From Edaphobacter aggregans (GTDB lineage Bacteria; Acidobacteriota; Terriglobia; Terriglobales; Acidobacteriaceae), in the NCBI RefSeq assembly GCF_003945235.1, contig NZ_RSDW01000001.1:3060001-3092000 (forward strand): 32,000 nt of DNA, in the 5' to 3' direction. The position numbers and the translations under genes were made by a program. Below the pieces are notes generated by a model that searched no databases, had not been told where the DNA came from, and worked only from the letters and a program-made list of their open reading frames with translations. Shown in pieces: positions 31,986-32,000 of this stretch; the first letter of the stretch is position 1, and every line of letters begins with the position of its first letter.

Positions 31986-32000
31986 GCTGCCAGTCCTTCC

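Overview
GC-rich bacterial chromosomal segment. Gene content and intergenic hairpin repeats suggest an acidobacterial (Terriglobia-like) genome. This is inferred from a CarboxypepD_reg-type TonB-dependent receptor, an SBP-domain HisKA_3 kinase and REP-like repeats, not from any search. I can support 24 protein genes, one short gene relic, two intergenic repeat families (three copies each), three hairpin terminators and a candidate shared operator motif. I saw no rRNA, tRNA, CRISPR array, transposase, integrase or recognisable phage or defence genes. Gene order, left to right: amidohydrolase, ICMT-like methyltransferase, HU, DUF2461, GNAT, DHFR-family, Zn-ADH, VOC, coiled-coil porin, class II aldolase, PhnB-like VOC, GH105 hydrolase, orphan sensor kinase, mnmE, DUF4157/split-M15 protein, 1410-aa Ig/propeller lipoprotein, GlmS-like SIS protein, DeoR regulator, TonB-dependent receptor, cutC, DUF2165, DUF4105. 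No canonical 'system' is recognisable. The most unusual locus is 16.7-23.3 kb. It holds a DUF4157 (toxin/eCIS-associated domain) protein whose LAS/M15 peptidase motifs are split by about 380 residues of coiled-coil-like sequence. Its stop codon overlaps, in a shared TTAA, the stop of a convergent giant surface lipoprotein gene. Other points worth checking: hairpin repeats bracketing the orphan kinase beside a 42-nt relic of a GH105 gene, a repeat that supplies a gene's stop codon, a shared 22-bp motif linking the DeoR/SIS promoter region to the receptor gene, and a strand-composition mosaic across the window. All homology calls come from reading the translations, and no database was run.
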